Positions 11,219 through 23,671 of a stretch of 64,000 nucleotides of DNA are shown in pieces. Position numbers and translations under genes: made by a program. How positions within the stretch are numbered: the first letter of the stretch is position 1; each line of letters begins with the position of its first letter. The notes beneath the pieces were generated by a model. It had not been told where the DNA came from. It searched no databases and saw nothing but the letters and a program-made list of their open reading frames with translations. Location of the stretch: NCBI RefSeq assembly GCF_055900595.2, contig NZ_CM148325.1. One strand, given 5' to 3'.

Positions 11219-13113
11219 TTACCAGCCACCACCGCCTCCGCCACCCGCACCGCCGCCAGCACCACCACCGGAATAGCTTCGCCCCAACAAACTGGTATTG
11301 GCCCCCAGACTCAGGTGCATCTGTAATGAAAACAAAACGCCACTACGGGCAATTTCCGGGGCGTGAACAGCCGCTGTGAGTGACGGCGTGATACGTGCTG
11401 CCCATTCTTTTCCAAGGTTTGCCGAGACTGCCCAACCTAGCAACGCGTAATCCAGTTTCCGTGTTTCCCCTTTCCGCCGACGCCCACTGTGTGTTGCTGC
11501 CTCTTTACGCGCAAGATAGTTAACGATAGCTTCACCGTGGGCATAACGTTGCTGCCCAGTTTGGGTAAACTTTGGCAGAAAAATATACCCCATGCCAGTG
11601 AGATAACCGGTCAGGAAAACAGCGCTAAAATAACCCGCAGGCATATACCAGTAAAAGAATACATCTCCGACATTGATGTAGAGAGAGTAAAAAGCCACAC
11701 CTGAACAAATCAGTGGTAAAAACAAAGTGATGATTACACGATTAACGCAAGGCTTGTCATCATCGCGTGCAAACAAAAGATCAAGGGAACAAAATAAAAA
11801 AGGAAGAAGCCAGCAGATCATAATAAACATATCGCCTACCAGACTCATTCCTGCCCAGCCTACGGGACTCAGGTTACCGTAGAGAATGACCGCCAATATT
11901 GCCATTCCGCCCCATTGCAAAAACGCATCAGGTCGGTAAAACGAAGACTTTTTACGCGGCAGATAAAATTTCTGCATCCGTAAAAATGCCCTGCGTAAGA
12001 CTCTGTTACGCCCCCCGTAAGAACGACCTTGTCGCCTTTACGAAATAACGTTTCCAGTAATATCTGCTCTGCGGGCAGTAATACCGCATTATTCCTGGTC
12101 GCACCTTCATTAACACGGATCAGGGTTTGCTGATTTTTGTCATACTGATCTTCCAGATGAATTTTTCCTTTCACAATCAGATTTACGATATCGGCACAAA
12201 AACCTTTATCGTCGTAAACCAGCTTCGCATCGAGACGTAACATTCCGGGCGTGTAATCTGGCGGAATGACATCGGTTTCAATCACATCTACCGGCGTAAA
12301 TTGCGGCCTGCGCTTCCAGAGATATAACCATCCACACGCCAGGAACAGACACGGAAACCAAATTAACAACGATGACGTAGAGGGTAAAAGAAGATGGCTG
12401 AAAATATTCGTCGTTTGTGGTGCCGGGGCATTACCAAGTAAAGCGTGAGGCCAGCGGTAGAGGACCGTGAAATCTTCACGATAAAACGGATCGCGGGATT
12501 CAATTCTTCCGTCCTCAAGGATGCGGCCATTTCGATATGTGTCGCCCTCTTCTCCGGTAAAGAGATCGATTTCGCTAAATGGATTACCCGCAATTTTAGA
12601 GAACTGGAGAGAAAATCGGGTCTTATAAATTTCAAACGGCCAGTTGTTACCGGTCACGTTCCAGATTAGCAGATCAGAATCCCCCTCACGCAGGAAAGCA
12701 TTTTTAACCTGATAATGAATTTGATAATGATAGTCGCCCTGAGGCAAGAAACGTTGTTTATCGCCCACGACAATGCTCATTAACCCGATATGCCAGTCAA
12801 GATGCCAGGGTTCAGGAACGCCGTCACGGGTGACGCCAACAATACGATAGTTCAGCACTGCTGCGTCCCCATCAGGCTGCATCCAGAGTCGTGGTAAATC
12901 ACGATAAAATCCGTGCTTAATCTGCTGATTTCGCGCCTGAAAATGAATGTTCTCTTTGATGTCGAGCACCCCATCCAGTTGCAGGGTGGCTTCAACATCA
13001 AAGAGCGAGATCCCTTCTTCATAAAAAGGGATCTCCGTGTTTTTCGCATAACTCAACGAAGAGAAAAAAAGCCCAACTATCAACAGCAAAATGCAGCGAA
13101 ACTTCCCTGCCAT
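11219..13113 (-). pseudogene. yciQ: yciQ (DUF2207 membrane protein) split by a frameshift into a 414-aa N-terminal ORF (11869..13113) and a 252-aa C-terminal ORF (11219..11977)
   Basis: Two overlapping minus-strand ORFs in different frames that together approximate the ~631-aa K-12 YciQ; signal peptide at the N-terminus, glycine-rich C-terminal tail; frame change lies within 11869-11977. Confidence 0.6.
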
Positions 13114-13140
13114 AGTCTTCCATCCGTGGAACGCAATTTG

Positions 13141-13761
13141 TTATAAGAAAGGCTTTACATCACCTACGCCTTCACGTATCACGACTGGCGTATCATCGGT
13201 AAGATCGATAACTGTTGTCGGTTTCTGTCCGAGATAGCCACCGTGAATAATCAAATCCACCTGTTTTTCCAGACGGTCTTTAATCTCTTCCGGATCAGAT
13301 TCGGTAAATTCGCTGCCCGGCAGCATCAGTGATGTGGAAAGCATCGGTTCGCCCAATGCTTCAAGCAACGCCTGCGCAATCGGGTTAGAAGGCACACGCA
13401 TACCGATGGTTTTGCGTTTTTCCTGTAGCAGACGGCGCGGCACTTCTTTCGTCCCTTTCAGAATGAAGGTGTAGTTACCCGGCGTGTTGTTTTTCATCAA
13501 ACGAAACGCAACGTTATCGACAAATGAATAGGTCGAGAGTTCAGAAAGATCGCGACACATCAGGGTAAAGTTGTGACCGTCCGGCAGCTGGCGAATACGA
13601 CAAATACGCTCCATGGCGTTTTTATCTTCAATTTTACAGCCGAGCGCATAGCCGGAATCAGTTGGATAAACAATCACCCCGCCTTTACGCACGATCTCCA
13701 CCGCCTGGTTGATCAGACGTTGCTGCGGGTTATCAGGATGAATATAAAAAAACTGGCTCAT
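13141..13761 (-). CDS. yciO: YciO (Sua5/YrdC/YciO family) protein
   Basis: ORF track 13141..13797; start set at MSQFFYIHPDNPQ (206 aa), ATG confirmed at 13759-13761. Confidence 0.9.
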   Translation of the reverse strand: MSQFFYIHPDNPQQRLINQAVEIVRKGGVIVYPTDSGYALGCKIEDKNAMERICRIRQLPDGHNFTLMCRDLSELSTYSFVDNVAFRLMKNNTPGNYTFILKGTKEVPRRLLQEKRKTIGMRVPSNPIAQALLEALGEPMLSTSLMLPGSEFTESDPEEIKDRLEKQVDLIIHGGYLGQKPTTVIDLTDDTPVVIREGVGDVKPFL

Positions 13762-14639
13762 AATTCCCTCTCTGTGGTGTTCTGCGGCTGTTCCCATAGC
13801 TGCCAGACGCCTTCAACGCCTGCGGGCAGCCAGAGTTTACGACCCAGTTCGATCCACGGACATGGCTGATGAAAATCAGATCCTTGTGATGCCCATAAAT
13901 GATGCTGACGCGCAAGTGTCGCCAGCTGGGTGCGTTCATTGGGCGATTGCTGGCACTGCGCGACTTCCATCGCGTCGCCGTGGTGTTCGGCAAAATGCGC
14001 AACCAATCTTTTCAGCCATTTAGCACTAAGATTGTACCGCCCAGGATGAGCTAGCACCGCCTTACCGCCAGAATGATGAATGACATCAATAGCTTGTTCT
14101 ATTGTACACCACTGTGGCGGAACGTATCCGGTTTTCCCGCGCGCCAGATATTTTTTAAAGATATCCGCCATTGAACTGGCTTTGCCACATTCAACCAAGA
14201 AACGAGCAAAATGACCGCGCGTCACCGCACCGCCCTGCGCCAGTCGTTGCGCGCCTTCCAGCGCCCCAGGTATTTGCGCTTTTTCCAGTCTTTCAGCAAT
14301 TAACTTCGCCCGCTGATTGCGCCGTTCTGTCTGCTGCGCGAGGAACTCACACATTAGCGGATGAGTAATATCAATATTCAGCCCGACAATATGAATTTCA
14401 TGATTTTCCCAGACGGTGGATATTTCCACGCCAGGAATAAGATTCAGTGCCAGTCCTGAACGTGAAATTTCTTCTCTTGCTGGCGCGATTGCCGCTGTGG
14501 TGTCATGGTCGGTGATCGCCAGGGTGCCGACGCGCATCTCGACTGCACGGTGCACCAATGCTTCTGGCGTCAGGCAGCCATCGGAAGCTGTGGTATGGCT
14601 GTGCAGGTCATAAATCACTGCGTAATTCGTGTCGCTCAA
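13758..14639 (-). CDS. yciV: PHP-domain phosphoesterase YciV/TrpH
   Basis: ORF track 13758..14720; PHP motif YDLHSHTTASDG; a TTG start at 14639 gives the 293-aa length of the K-12 protein; stop overlaps yciO start. Confidence 0.85.
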   Translation of the reverse strand: MSDTNYAVIYDLHSHTTASDGCLTPEALVHRAVEMRVGTLAITDHDTTAAIAPAREEISRSGLALNLIPGVEISTVWENHEIHIVGLNIDITHPLMCEFLAQQTERRNQRAKLIAERLEKAQIPGALEGAQRLAQGGAVTRGHFARFLVECGKASSMADIFKKYLARGKTGYVPPQWCTIEQAIDVIHHSGGKAVLAHPGRYNLSAKWLKRLVAHFAEHHGDAMEVAQCQQSPNERTQLATLARQHHLWASQGSDFHQPCPWIELGRKLWLPAGVEGVWQLWEQPQNTTEREL

Positions 14640-14713
14640 GGCGCACTCCCGTTTTGGATAATGTTTTTGCGCCGACATCATAACGGTTCTGGCAAATATT
14701 CTGAAATGAGCTG

Positions 14714-14750
14714 TTGACAATTAATCATCGAACTAGTTAACTAGTACGCA
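14714..14750 (+). promoter_or_regulatory. trp promoter with TrpR operator
   Basis: -35 TTGACA (14714-14719), -10 TTAACT (14737-14742), operator palindrome ACTAGTTAACTAGT (14732-14745); the canonical sequence TGTTGACAATTAATCATCGAACTAGTTAACTAGTACGCAAG is present. Confidence 0.9.
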
Positions 14751-14775
14751 AGTTCACGTAAAAAGGGTATCGACA

Positions 14776-14820
14776 ATGAAAGCGATTTTCGTACTGAAAG
14801 GTTGGTGGCGCACTTCCTGA
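14776..14820 (+). CDS. trpL: trp operon leader peptide
   Basis: ATGAAAGCGATTTTCGTACTGAAAGGTTGGTGGCGCACTTCCTGA encodes [14 protein letters not shown] with tandem Trp codons. Confidence 0.92.
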
Positions 14821-14861
14821 AACGGGCAGTGTATTCACCATGCGTAAAGCAACCAGATACC

Positions 14862-14889
14862 CAGCCCGCCTAATGAGCGGGCTTTTTTT
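14862..14889 (+). terminator. trp attenuator (3:4 hairpin and U-tract)
   Basis: CAGCCCGCCTAATGAGCGGGCTTTTTTTT immediately upstream of trpE. Confidence 0.88.
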
Positions 14890-14911
14890 TGAACAAAATT
14901 AGAGAATAACA

Positions 14912-16474
14912 ATGCAAACACAAAAACCGACTCTCGAACTGTTAACCTGCGAAGGTGCTTATCGCGATAATCCGACCGCGCTTTTTCATCAGTTGTGTGG
15001 GGATCGTCCGGCAACGCTGCTGCTGGAATCCGCAGATATCGACAGCAAGGATGATTTAAAAAGCCTGCTGCTGGTGGACAGTGCGCTGCGCATTACAGCA
15101 TTAGGTGACACTGTCACTATTCAGGCACTTTCCGGCAATGGCGAAGCTCTGCTGGCATTACTGGATAACGCCCTGCCTGCGGGTGTGGAAAATGAACAAT
15201 CACCAAACTGCCGCGTGCTGCGCTTCCCTCCTGTCAGTCCATTGCTGGATGAAGACGCCCGCTTATGCTCCCTTTCGGTTTTTGACGCTTTCCGCTTATT
15301 GCAGAATCTGTTGAATGTACCGAAGGAAGAACGGGAAGCGATGTTCTTTGGCGGCCTGTTCTCTTATGACCTTGTGGCGGGGTTTGAAGATTTACCGCAA
15401 CTGGCAGCGGAAAATAACTGCCCTGATTTCTGTTTTTATCTCGCTGAAACGCTGATGGTTATCGATCATCAGAAAAAAAGTACCCGTATTCAGGCCAGCC
15501 TGTTTGGTCAAAATGAAGAAGAAAAACAACGTCTCACTGCTCGCCTGAACGAACTTCGCCAGCAACTGACCGAAACCGCGCCACCGCTGCCGGTAGTTTC
15601 CGTGCCGCATATGCATTGTGAATGTAATCAGAGCGATGAAGAGTTCGGTGGCGTAGTGCGTTCGTTGCAAAAAGCGATTCGCGCCGGAGAAATTTTCCAG
15701 GTCGTGCCATCTCGCCGTTTCTCGCTGCCCTGCCCGTCACCGCTGGCGGCCTATTACGTGCTGAAAAAGAGTAATCCCAGCCCATACATGTTTTTTATGC
15801 AGGATAATGATTTCACCCTGTTTGGTGCGTCGCCGGAAAGTTCGCTCAAGTATGACGCCACCAGCCGCCAGATTGAGATCTACCCGATTGCCGGAACACG
15901 TCCACGAGGACGTCGCGCCGATGGTTCACTGGACAAAGACCTCGACAGCCGCATTGAACTGGAGATGCGTACCGACCATAAAGAGCTTTCTGAACATCTG
16001 ATGCTGGTGGATCTCGCCCGAAATGACCTTGCGCGCATTTGCACTCCTGGCAGCCGCTACGTTGCCGATCTGACCAAAGTTGACCGTTACTCTTACGTGA
16101 TGCATCTCGTCTCCCGCGTGGTCGGTGAGCTGCGCCACGATCTTGACGCCCTGCACGCTTACCGCGCCTGTATGAACATGGGTACGTTAAGCGGTGCCCC
16201 GAAAGTGCGCGCCATGCAGTTAATTGCCGAAGCGGAAGGTCGTCGACGCGGCAGCTACGGCGGTGCGGTAGGTTATTTCACCGCACATGGCGATCTGGAC
16301 ACCTGCATTGTCATCCGTTCGGCGCTGGTGGAAAACGGTATCGCCACCGTGCAAGCCGGTGCTGGCGTAGTCCTTGATTCTGTTCCGCAGTCGGAAGCCG
16401 ACGAAACCCGTAATAAAGCCCGCGCTGTACTGCGCGCTATCGCCACCGCGCATCATGCACAGGAGACTTTCTGA
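14912..16474 (+). CDS. trpE: Anthranilate synthase component I
   Basis: 520-aa [31 protein letters not shown]; stop overlaps trpD start. Confidence 0.96.
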   Translation: MQTQKPTLELLTCEGAYRDNPTALFHQLCGDRPATLLLESADIDSKDDLKSLLLVDSALRITALGDTVTIQALSGNGEALLALLDNALPAGVENEQSPNCRVLRFPPVSPLLDEDARLCSLSVFDAFRLLQNLLNVPKEEREAMFFGGLFSYDLVAGFEDLPQLAAENNCPDFCFYLAETLMVIDHQKKSTRIQASLFGQNEEEKQRLTARLNELRQQLTETAPPLPVVSVPHMHCECNQSDEEFGGVVRSLQKAIRAGEIFQVVPSRRFSLPCPSPLAAYYVLKKSNPSPYMFFMQDNDFTLFGASPESSLKYDATSRQIEIYPIAGTRPRGRRADGSLDKDLDSRIELEMRTDHKELSEHLMLVDLARNDLARICTPGSRYVADLTKVDRYSYVMHLVSRVVGELRHDLDALHAYRACMNMGTLSGAPKVRAMQLIAEAEGRRRGSYGGAVGYFTAHGDLDTCIVIRSALVENGIATVQAGAGVVLDSVPQSEADETRNKARAVLRAIATAHHAQETF

Positions 16475-18069
16475 TGGCTGACATTCTGCTGCTCGATAAT
16501 ATCGACTCTTTTACTTATAACCTGGCAGATCAGTTGCGCAGCAATGGACATAACGTGGTGATTTACCGCAACCATATCCCAGCGCAAACATTAATTGAAC
16601 GTCTGGCGACCATGAGCAATCCGGTGCTGATGCTTTCTCCTGGCCCCGGAGTGCCGAGCGAAGCCGGTTGTATGCCGGAACTCCTCACCCGCTTGCGCGG
16701 CAAGCTGCCAATTATCGGCATTTGCCTCGGTCATCAGGCGATTGTCGAAGCTTACGGGGGCTATGTCGGTCAGGCGGGCGAAATTCTTCACGGTAAAGCG
16801 TCGAGCATTGAACATGATGGTCAGGCGATGTTTGCCGGATTAACAAACCCGCTGCCAGTGGCGCGTTATCACTCGCTGGTTGGCAGTAATATTCCGGCCG
16901 GTTTAACCATCAACGCCCATTTTAATGGCATGGTGATGGCGGTGCGTCATGATGCGGATCGCGTTTGTGGATTCCAGTTCCATCCGGAATCCATTCTCAC
17001 CACCCAGGGCGCTCGCCTGCTGGAACAAACGCTGGCCTGGGCACAACAGAAGCTGGAGCCGACCAACACACTGCAACCAATTCTGGAAAAACTGTATCAG
17101 GCGCAGACGCTTAGCCAACAAGAAAGCCACCAGCTGTTTTCAGCGGTGGTGCGTGGCGAGCTGAAACCGGAACAACTGGCGGCTGCATTGGTCAGCATGA
17201 AAATTCGCGGCGAGCACCCGAACGAAATCGCCGGGGCAGCAACTGCCCTTCTGGAAAATGCTGCGCCGTTCCCACGCCCTGATTATCTGTTTGCCGATAT
17301 CGTCGGCACCGGCGGTGACGGCAGCAACAGTATCAATATTTCTACCGCCAGTGCGTTTGTCGCCGCTGCCTGTGGGCTGAAAGTGGCGAAACACGGTAAC
17401 CGCAGCGTCTCCAGTAAATCCGGCTCGTCGGATCTGCTGGCGGCATTCGGTATTAATCTTGATATGAACGCCGATAAATCGCGCCAGGCGCTGGATGAGT
17501 TAGGCGTCTGTTTCCTCTTTGCGCCGAAATATCACACCGGATTTCGCCATGCGATGCCGGTTCGCCAGCAACTGAAAACCCGCACCCTGTTCAACGTGCT
17601 GGGGCCACTGATTAACCCGGCGCATCCGCCGCTGGCGCTAATTGGTGTCTACAGCCCGGAACTGGTGCTGCCAATTGCCGAAACCTTGCGCGTGCTGGGG
17701 TATCAACGCGCAGCGGTGGTGCACAGCGGGGGGATGGATGAAGTTTCATTACACGCGCCGACAATCGTTGCCGAACTGCATGACGGCGAAATTAAGAGCT
17801 ATCAGTTGACCGCTGAAGATTTTGGCCTGACACCCTACCATCAGGAGCAACTGGCAGGCGGAACACCGGAAGAAAACCGTGACATTTTAACACGCTTGTT
17901 ACAAGGTAAAGGCGACGCAGCCCATGAAGCAGCTGTCGCGGCGAATGTCGCCATGTTAATGCGCCTGCATGGCCAGGAAGATCTGCAAACCAATGCGCAA
18001 ACCGTTCTTGAGGTACTGCGCAGTGGTTCCGCTTACGACAGAGTCACCGCACTGGCGGCACGAGGGTAA
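16474..18069 (+). CDS. trpD: Bifunctional anthranilate synthase component II / anthranilate phosphoribosyltransferase
   Basis: 531-aa [25 protein letters not shown]; glutamine amidotransferase N-domain plus PRT C-domain. Confidence 0.96.
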   Translation: MADILLLDNIDSFTYNLADQLRSNGHNVVIYRNHIPAQTLIERLATMSNPVLMLSPGPGVPSEAGCMPELLTRLRGKLPIIGICLGHQAIVEAYGGYVGQAGEILHGKASSIEHDGQAMFAGLTNPLPVARYHSLVGSNIPAGLTINAHFNGMVMAVRHDADRVCGFQFHPESILTTQGARLLEQTLAWAQQKLEPTNTLQPILEKLYQAQTLSQQESHQLFSAVVRGELKPEQLAAALVSMKIRGEHPNEIAGAATALLENAAPFPRPDYLFADIVGTGGDGSNSINISTASAFVAAACGLKVAKHGNRSVSSKSGSSDLLAAFGINLDMNADKSRQALDELGVCFLFAPKYHTGFRHAMPVRQQLKTRTLFNVLGPLINPAHPPLALIGVYSPELVLPIAETLRVLGYQRAAVVHSGGMDEVSLHAPTIVAELHDGEIKSYQLTAEDFGLTPYHQEQLAGGTPEENRDILTRLLQGKGDAAHEAAVAANVAMLMRLHGQEDLQTNAQTVLEVLRSGSAYDRVTALAARG

Positions 18070-19431
18070 ATGATGCAAACCGTTTTAGCGAAAATCGTCG
18101 CAGACAAGGCGATTTGGGTAGAAGCCCGCAAACAGCAGCAACCGCTGGCCAGTTTTCAGAATAAGGTTCAGCCGAGCACGCGACATTTTTATGATGCGCT
18201 ACAGGGTGCACGCACGGCGTTTATTCTGGAGTGCAAGAAAGCGTCGCCGTCAAAAGGCGTGATACGTGATGATTTCGATCCGGCACGCATTGCCGCCATT
18301 TATAAGCATTACGCTTCGGCAATTTCTGTACTGACTGATGAGAAATATTTCCAGGGGAGCTTTGATTTCCTCCCCATCGTCAGCCAAATCGCCCCGCAAC
18401 CGATTTTATGTAAAGACTTTATTATCGACCCTTACCAGATCTATCTGGCGCGCTATTACCAGGCCGATGCCTGTTTATTAATGCTGTCGGTGCTGGACGA
18501 CGATCAGTATCGCCAGCTCGCTGCTGTAGCCCACAGTCTGGAGATGGGCGTGCTGACCGAAGTCAGTAATGAAGAGGAGCTGGAGCGCGCCATTGCATTG
18601 GGAGCAAAAGTCGTTGGCATTAACAACCGCGATCTGCGTGATTTGTCGATTGATCTTAACCGTACCCGCGAGCTTGCGCCGAAACTGGGGCACAACGTGA
18701 CGGTAATCAGCGAATCCGGCATCAATACTTACGCCCAGGTGCGTGAGTTAAGCCACTTCGCTAACGGCTTTCTGATTGGTTCGGCGCTAATGGCCCATGA
18801 TGATTTGAACGCCGCCGTGCGCCGGGTGTTGCTGGGTGAGAATAAAGTGTGTGGTCTGACGCGTGGGCAAGATGCTAAAGCAACTCATGACGCGGGCGCG
18901 ATTTACGGTGGATTGATATTTGTTACAACGTCACCCCGTTGCGTCAGCGTTGAACAGGCGCAGGAAGTGATGGCTGCGGCACCGTTGCAATACGTTGGCG
19001 TGTTCCGCAATCACGATATTGCCGATGTGGTGGACAAAGCTAAGGTGTTATCGCTGGCGGCAGTGCAACTGCATGGTAATGAAGATCAGCTGTATATCGA
19101 CACTCTGCGTGAGGCTCTGCCAGCAAACGTCGCCATCTGGAAGGCTTTAAGTGTCGGTGAAACTCTTCCCGCGCGCGATTTTCAGCACATCGATAAATAT
19201 GTATTCGACAACGGTCAGGGCGGGAGCGGACAACGTTTCGACTGGTCACTGTTAAACGGTCAATCGCTTGGCAACGTTCTGCTGGCGGGTGGCTTAGGCG
19301 CAGATAACTGCGTGGAAGCGGCACAAACCGGCTGCGCCGGGCTTGATTTTAATTCTGCTGTAGAGTCGCAACCGGGCATCAAAGACGCACGTCTTTTGGC
19401 CTCGGTTTTCCAGACGCTGCGCGCATATTAA
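18070..19431 (+). CDS. trpC: Bifunctional indole-3-glycerol-phosphate synthase / phosphoribosylanthranilate isomerase
   Basis: 453-aa [32 protein letters not shown]. Confidence 0.95.
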   Translation: MMQTVLAKIVADKAIWVEARKQQQPLASFQNKVQPSTRHFYDALQGARTAFILECKKASPSKGVIRDDFDPARIAAIYKHYASAISVLTDEKYFQGSFDFLPIVSQIAPQPILCKDFIIDPYQIYLARYYQADACLLMLSVLDDDQYRQLAAVAHSLEMGVLTEVSNEEELERAIALGAKVVGINNRDLRDLSIDLNRTRELAPKLGHNVTVISESGINTYAQVRELSHFANGFLIGSALMAHDDLNAAVRRVLLGENKVCGLTRGQDAKATHDAGAIYGGLIFVTTSPRCVSVEQAQEVMAAAPLQYVGVFRNHDIADVVDKAKVLSLAAVQLHGNEDQLYIDTLREALPANVAIWKALSVGETLPARDFQHIDKYVFDNGQGGSGQRFDWSLLNGQSLGNVLLAGGLGADNCVEAAQTGCAGLDFNSAVESQPGIKDARLLASVFQTLRAY

Positions 19432-19442
19432 GGAAAGGAACA

Positions 19443-20636
19443 ATGACAACATTACTTAACCCGTATTTTGGTGAGTTTGGCGGCATGTACGTGCCACAAA
19501 TCCTGATGCCTGCTCTGCGCCAGCTGGAAGAAGCTTTTGTCAGCGCGCAAAAAGATCCTGAATTTCAGGCCCAGTTCAACGACCTGCTGAAAAACTATGC
19601 CGGGCGCCCAACCGCGCTGACCAAATGTCAGAACATTACAGCCGGCACTAACACTACGCTGTATCTGAAGCGTGAAGATTTACTGCACGGTGGCGCGCAT
19701 AAAACTAACCAGGTGCTCGGTCAAGCTTTACTGGCGAAGCGGATGGGTAAAACTGAAATCATTGCCGAAACCGGTGCAGGTCAGCATGGCGTGGCTTCTG
19801 CGCTTGCCAGCGCCCTGCTCGGCCTGAAATGCCGTATTTATATGGGTGCCAAAGACGTTGAACGCCAGTCGCCTAACGTTTTTCGTATGCGCTTGATGGG
19901 TGCGGAAGTGATCCCGGTGCATAGCGGTTCCGCGACGCTGAAAGATGCCTGTAACGAGGCGCTACGCGACTGGTCCGGCAGTTATGAAACCGCGCACTAT
20001 ATGCTGGGCACTGCAGCTGGCCCGCATCCTTACCCGACCATTGTGCGTGAGTTTCAGCGGATGATTGGCGAAGAAACGAAAGCGCAGATTCTGGAAAGAG
20101 AAGGTCGTCTGCCGGATGCCGTTATTGCTTGTGTTGGCGGCGGTTCGAATGCCATCGGCATGTTTGCTGATTTCATCAACGAAACCGACGTCGGGCTGAT
20201 CGGCGTGGAGCCTGGTGGTCACGGTATCGAAACTGGCGAGCACGGCGCACCGTTAAAACATGGTCGCGTGGGCATCTATTTCGGTATGAAAGCGCCAATG
20301 ATGCAAACCGAAGACGGGCAGATTGAAGAATCTTACTCGATTTCTGCCGGACTGGATTTCCCGTCAGTCGGCCCGCAACACGCTTATCTCAACAGCATTG
20401 GACGCGCTGATTATGTGTCAATCACCGATGATGAAGCTCTGGAAGCCTTCAAAACGCTGTGCCTGCACGAAGGGATTATCCCGGCGCTGGAATCCTCCCA
20501 CGCGCTGGCCCACGCACTGAAAATGATGCGCGAAAACCCGGAAAAAGAGCAGCTACTGGTGGTTAACCTTTCCGGTCGCGGCGATAAAGACATCTTCACC
20601 GTTCACGATATTTTGAAAGCACGAGGGGAAATCTGA
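19443..20636 (+). CDS. trpB: Tryptophan synthase beta subunit
   Basis: 397-aa ORF; PLP-binding region [22 protein letters not shown]. Confidence 0.96.
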   Translation: MTTLLNPYFGEFGGMYVPQILMPALRQLEEAFVSAQKDPEFQAQFNDLLKNYAGRPTALTKCQNITAGTNTTLYLKREDLLHGGAHKTNQVLGQALLAKRMGKTEIIAETGAGQHGVASALASALLGLKCRIYMGAKDVERQSPNVFRMRLMGAEVIPVHSGSATLKDACNEALRDWSGSYETAHYMLGTAAGPHPYPTIVREFQRMIGEETKAQILEREGRLPDAVIACVGGGSNAIGMFADFINETDVGLIGVEPGGHGIETGEHGAPLKHGRVGIYFGMKAPMMQTEDGQIEESYSISAGLDFPSVGPQHAYLNSIGRADYVSITDDEALEAFKTLCLHEGIIPALESSHALAHALKMMRENPEKEQLLVVNLSGRGDKDIFTVHDILKARGEI

Positions 20637-21442
20637 TGGAACGCTATGAATCTCTGTTTGCCCAACTGAAGGAGCGCAAAGAAGGCGCATTCGTTCCTTT
20701 CGTCACCCTCGGTGATCCGGGCATTGAGCAGTCGCTGAAAATTATCGATACGCTAATTGAAGCCGGTGCTGACGCGCTGGAGTTAGGTATCCCCTTCTCC
20801 GACCCACTGGCAGATGGTCCGACGATTCAAAACGCCACACTGCGTGCTTTTGCGGCGGGAGTAACCCCGGCGCAGTGCTTTGAGATGCTGGCACTCATTC
20901 GCCAGAAGTACCCGACCATTCCGATCGGCCTTTTGATGTATGCCAACCTGGTGTTTAACAAAGGCATTGATGAGTTTTATGCCCAGTGCGAAAAAGTCGG
21001 CGTCGATTCGGTGCTGGTTGCCGATGTGCCCGTGGAAGAGTCTGCGCCCTTCCGCCAGGCCGCGTTGCGCCATAATGTCGCACCTATCTTTATTTGCCCG
21101 CCGAATGCCGACGAGGATTTGCTGCGCCAGATTGCCTCTTATGGCCGTGGTTACACCTATTTATTGTCGCGTGCGGGCGTGACCGGAGCTGAAAACCGCG
21201 CCGCGTTACCTCTCAATCATCTGGTTGCGAAGCTGAAAGAGTACAACGCTGCGCCTCCATTGCAAGGATTTGGTATTTCCGCCCCGGATCAGGTAAAAGC
21301 AGCGATTGATGCAGGAGCTGCGGGCGCGATTTCTGGTTCGGCAATTGTTAAAATCATCGAGCAACATATTAATGAGCCAGAGAAAATGCTGGCGGTACTG
21401 AAAGCTTTTGTACAACCGATGAAAACAGCGACGCGCAGTTAA
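20636..21442 (+). CDS. trpA: Tryptophan synthase alpha subunit
   Basis: 268-aa [32 protein letters not shown]; start overlaps trpB stop. Confidence 0.96.
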   Translation: MERYESLFAQLKERKEGAFVPFVTLGDPGIEQSLKIIDTLIEAGADALELGIPFSDPLADGPTIQNATLRAFAAGVTPAQCFEMLALIRQKYPTIPIGLLMYANLVFNKGIDEFYAQCEKVGVDSVLVADVPVEESAPFRQAALRHNVAPIFICPPNADEDLLRQIASYGRGYTYLLSRAGVTGAENRAALPLNHLVAKLKEYNAAPPLQGFGISAPDQVKAAIDAGAAGAISGSAIVKIIEQHINEPEKMLAVLKAFVQPMKTATRS

Positions 21443-21448
21443 TCCCAC

Positions 21449-21476
21449 AGCCGCCAGTTCCGCTGGCGGCATTTTA
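21449..21476 (+). terminator. trp operon terminator
   Basis: Hairpin GCCGCCAGTTCCGCTGGCGGC followed by ATTTT directly after the trpA stop. Confidence 0.8.
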
Positions 21477-21822
21477 ACTATCTTTAATGAAGCAGGAAAA
21501 ATCCTAAATTCATTTATTATTTATCTTTTTACCGTTTCGCTTACCCCTGACGTACGTCAACTTACGTCATTTTTCCGCCCAAAAGTAATATAATCAAACA
21601 AATTAATCCCGCAACAAAACACTACTAAAATCAATAATTTTCTCTAACCCACTTATTTCTTGGGTATTTATGAATATATCGAAAGTTTTTTTCAAAATAT
21701 ATTTTTCACATTCCTTCTCACTTTGCTCAATTTGACTAATCCTCATTACCGACTAATTTTAATGAGTGTCGACACACAACACTCATATTTATGAAACAAT
21801 ACAACGCAACGGGAGAAATAAC

Positions 21823-22002
21823 ATGGCCGAACATCGTGGTGGTTCAGGAAATTTCGCCGAAGATCGTGAGAAGGCATCAGACGCAGGCCGTAAAGGCGGT
21901 CAACACAGCGGCGGTAATTTTAAAAATGATCCGCAACGCGCATCCGAAGCGGGTAAAAAAGGCGGTCAGCACAGCGGTGGAAATAAATCAGGAAAATCCT
22001 GA
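21823..22002 (+). CDS. yciG: Stress-induced small protein YciG
   Basis: ORF track 21766..22002; start set at MAEHRGGSGNFAEDREKASDAGRKGGQHSGGN with a GGGAG Shine-Dalgarno at 21811-21815. Confidence 0.85.
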   Translation: MAEHRGGSGNFAEDREKASDAGRKGGQHSGGNFKNDPQRASEAGKKGGQHSGGNKSGKS

Positions 22003-22093
22003 TCCGCCGTTAATTATTAATATCAGCTGACGTTGATAAAGATAATTGCATCTGCGGGCCGTATGGCTCGCAGTGATTTCACTGGAGAAAAAT

Positions 22094-22594
22094 ATGAATA
22101 TGAAGTCCATTGAAGATGTATTTATTCACCTGCTTTCAGACACCTACAGTGCAGAAAAACAATTAACACGGGCACTAGCAAAACTCGCCAGAGCAACATC
22201 AAACGAAAAATTAAGTCAGGCTTTTCATGCACACCTCGAGGAAACTCATGGACAGATTGAACGTATTGATCAAGTTGTGGAGTCCGAATCGAACCTGAAA
22301 ATTAAGCGCATGAAATGTGTGGCAATGGAAGGTCTCATTGAAGAAGCTAATGAGGTCATCGAAAGCACCGAGAAAAACGAAGTGCGTGATGCCGCACTGA
22401 TTGCCGCTGCACAGAAAGTCGAGCACTATGAGATCGCCAGTTACGGGACCTTAGCGACGCTGGCTGAACAATTAGGTTATCGTAAAGCAGCGAAGCTTCT
22501 GAAAGAAACCCTGGAAGAAGAAAAGGCCACCGACATCAAATTGACTGATCTGGCCCTTAATAACGTAAATAAGAAAGCCGAAAATAAAGCCTGA
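22094..22594 (+). CDS. yciF: Ferritin-like DUF892 protein YciF
   Basis: ORF track 22046..22594; start set at MNMKSIEDVFIHLLSDTYSAEKQ (166 aa) preceded by GGAG. Confidence 0.88.
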   Translation: MNMKSIEDVFIHLLSDTYSAEKQLTRALAKLARATSNEKLSQAFHAHLEETHGQIERIDQVVESESNLKIKRMKCVAMEGLIEEANEVIESTEKNEVRDAALIAAAQKVEHYEIASYGTLATLAEQLGYRKAAKLLKETLEEEKATDIKLTDLALNNVNKKAENKA

Positions 22595-22639
22595 AATATG
22601 AACTTTAACTTTTAGTCATTTTATAAAGAGGACATTTTC

Positions 22640-23146
22640 ATGAATCGTATTGAACATTATCATGACTGGTTACGTGACGCCCACGCAATGGAAAAGCAAG
22701 CCGAATCTATGCTTGAATCCATGGCCAGCCGCATAGATAATTATCCTGAGCTACGCGCTCGTATTGAACAACATCTTAGTGAAACCAAAAACCAGATTGT
22801 ACAACTGGAAACTATTCTTGATCGTAATGACATTTCACGCTCAGTCATTAAAGATTCTATGAGTAAAATGGCTGCACTTGGGCAGTCAATCGGTGGTATA
22901 TTCCCTTCTGATGAAATAGTCAAAGGCTCTATTAGCGGATATGTCTTCGAGCAATTTGAAATCGCCTGTTATACCTCACTCTTAGCAGCAGCAAAAAATG
23001 CCGGTGATACAGCCTCAATTCCGATTATCGAAGCGATTTTAAATGAGGAAAAGCAAATGGCCGACTGGCTGATTCAGCATATTCCGCAAACAACGGAGAA
23101 ATTTTTAATTCGCTCTGAAACTGATGGCGTAGAAGCGAAGAAATAA
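22640..23146 (+). CDS. yciE: Ferritin-like DUF892 protein YciE
   Basis: 168-aa ORF MNRIEHYHDWLRDAHAMEKQAESMLESMA. Confidence 0.88.
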   Translation: MNRIEHYHDWLRDAHAMEKQAESMLESMASRIDNYPELRARIEQHLSETKNQIVQLETILDRNDISRSVIKDSMSKMAALGQSIGGIFPSDEIVKGSISGYVFEQFEIACYTSLLAAAKNAGDTASIPIIEAILNEEKQMADWLIQHIPQTTEKFLIRSETDGVEAKK

Positions 23147-23170
23147 TACCCTTTATACCATGTCCTTATT

Positions 23171-23196
23171 GACCCCGTAATTACGGGGTCATTTTT
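23171..23196. terminator. Bidirectional intrinsic terminator between yciE and ompW
   Basis: Palindrome GACCCCGTAATTACGGGGTC followed by ATTTTTGTG on the plus strand. Confidence 0.6.
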
Positions 23197-23204
23197 GTGC
23201 GGAA

Positions 23205-23320
23205 TTAAAAACGATATCCTGCTGAGAACATAAACACCCACGGATCAAGACGTACGCTATCGTGTTGCTGCGCACCACCCAGCTTATAATTTGCGGTGGT
23301 GTCAATATCCATGTACCAGA
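23205..23320 (-). pseudogene. ompW: ompW 3' fragment (last ~38 codons); the gene is interrupted by prophage integration
   Basis: Minus-strand translation ...VWYMDIDTTANYKLGGAQQHDSVRLDPWVFMFSAGYRF-stop matches the recalled OmpW C-terminus; similarity stops at about 23320, beyond which the sequence is AT-rich phage DNA. Confidence 0.8.
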
Positions 23321-23671
23321 CTGGCAGGTTTTAAAAAATCAAATAAGATATTGTATCTGAAAGAAAAAACAGGATTTTGAGATGCTTTTTTATACCGTTT
23401 TTCAGCGTTTTTAACTGCCTGATTTTATTGAAATCTTTTTTAGTTTTGCAGAAAGGATTTTTTGATCGATTGCTTTAATTTTATACATTCCTGATAACGG
23501 AAATTTTTTACCCGTTGACAGTTTTTATCCTCCGGGGCTATATTTCCAACGCGTCAGCAAAATCTGGCGTCGGGATTGGAACCCCGGATGTTTACGGAGC
23601 GATATGAGACGCGCCCGCGTCTTTTTTCATATCGTTTGCACAGTCACATTCGCGATTTATGGCGGGCTGTG

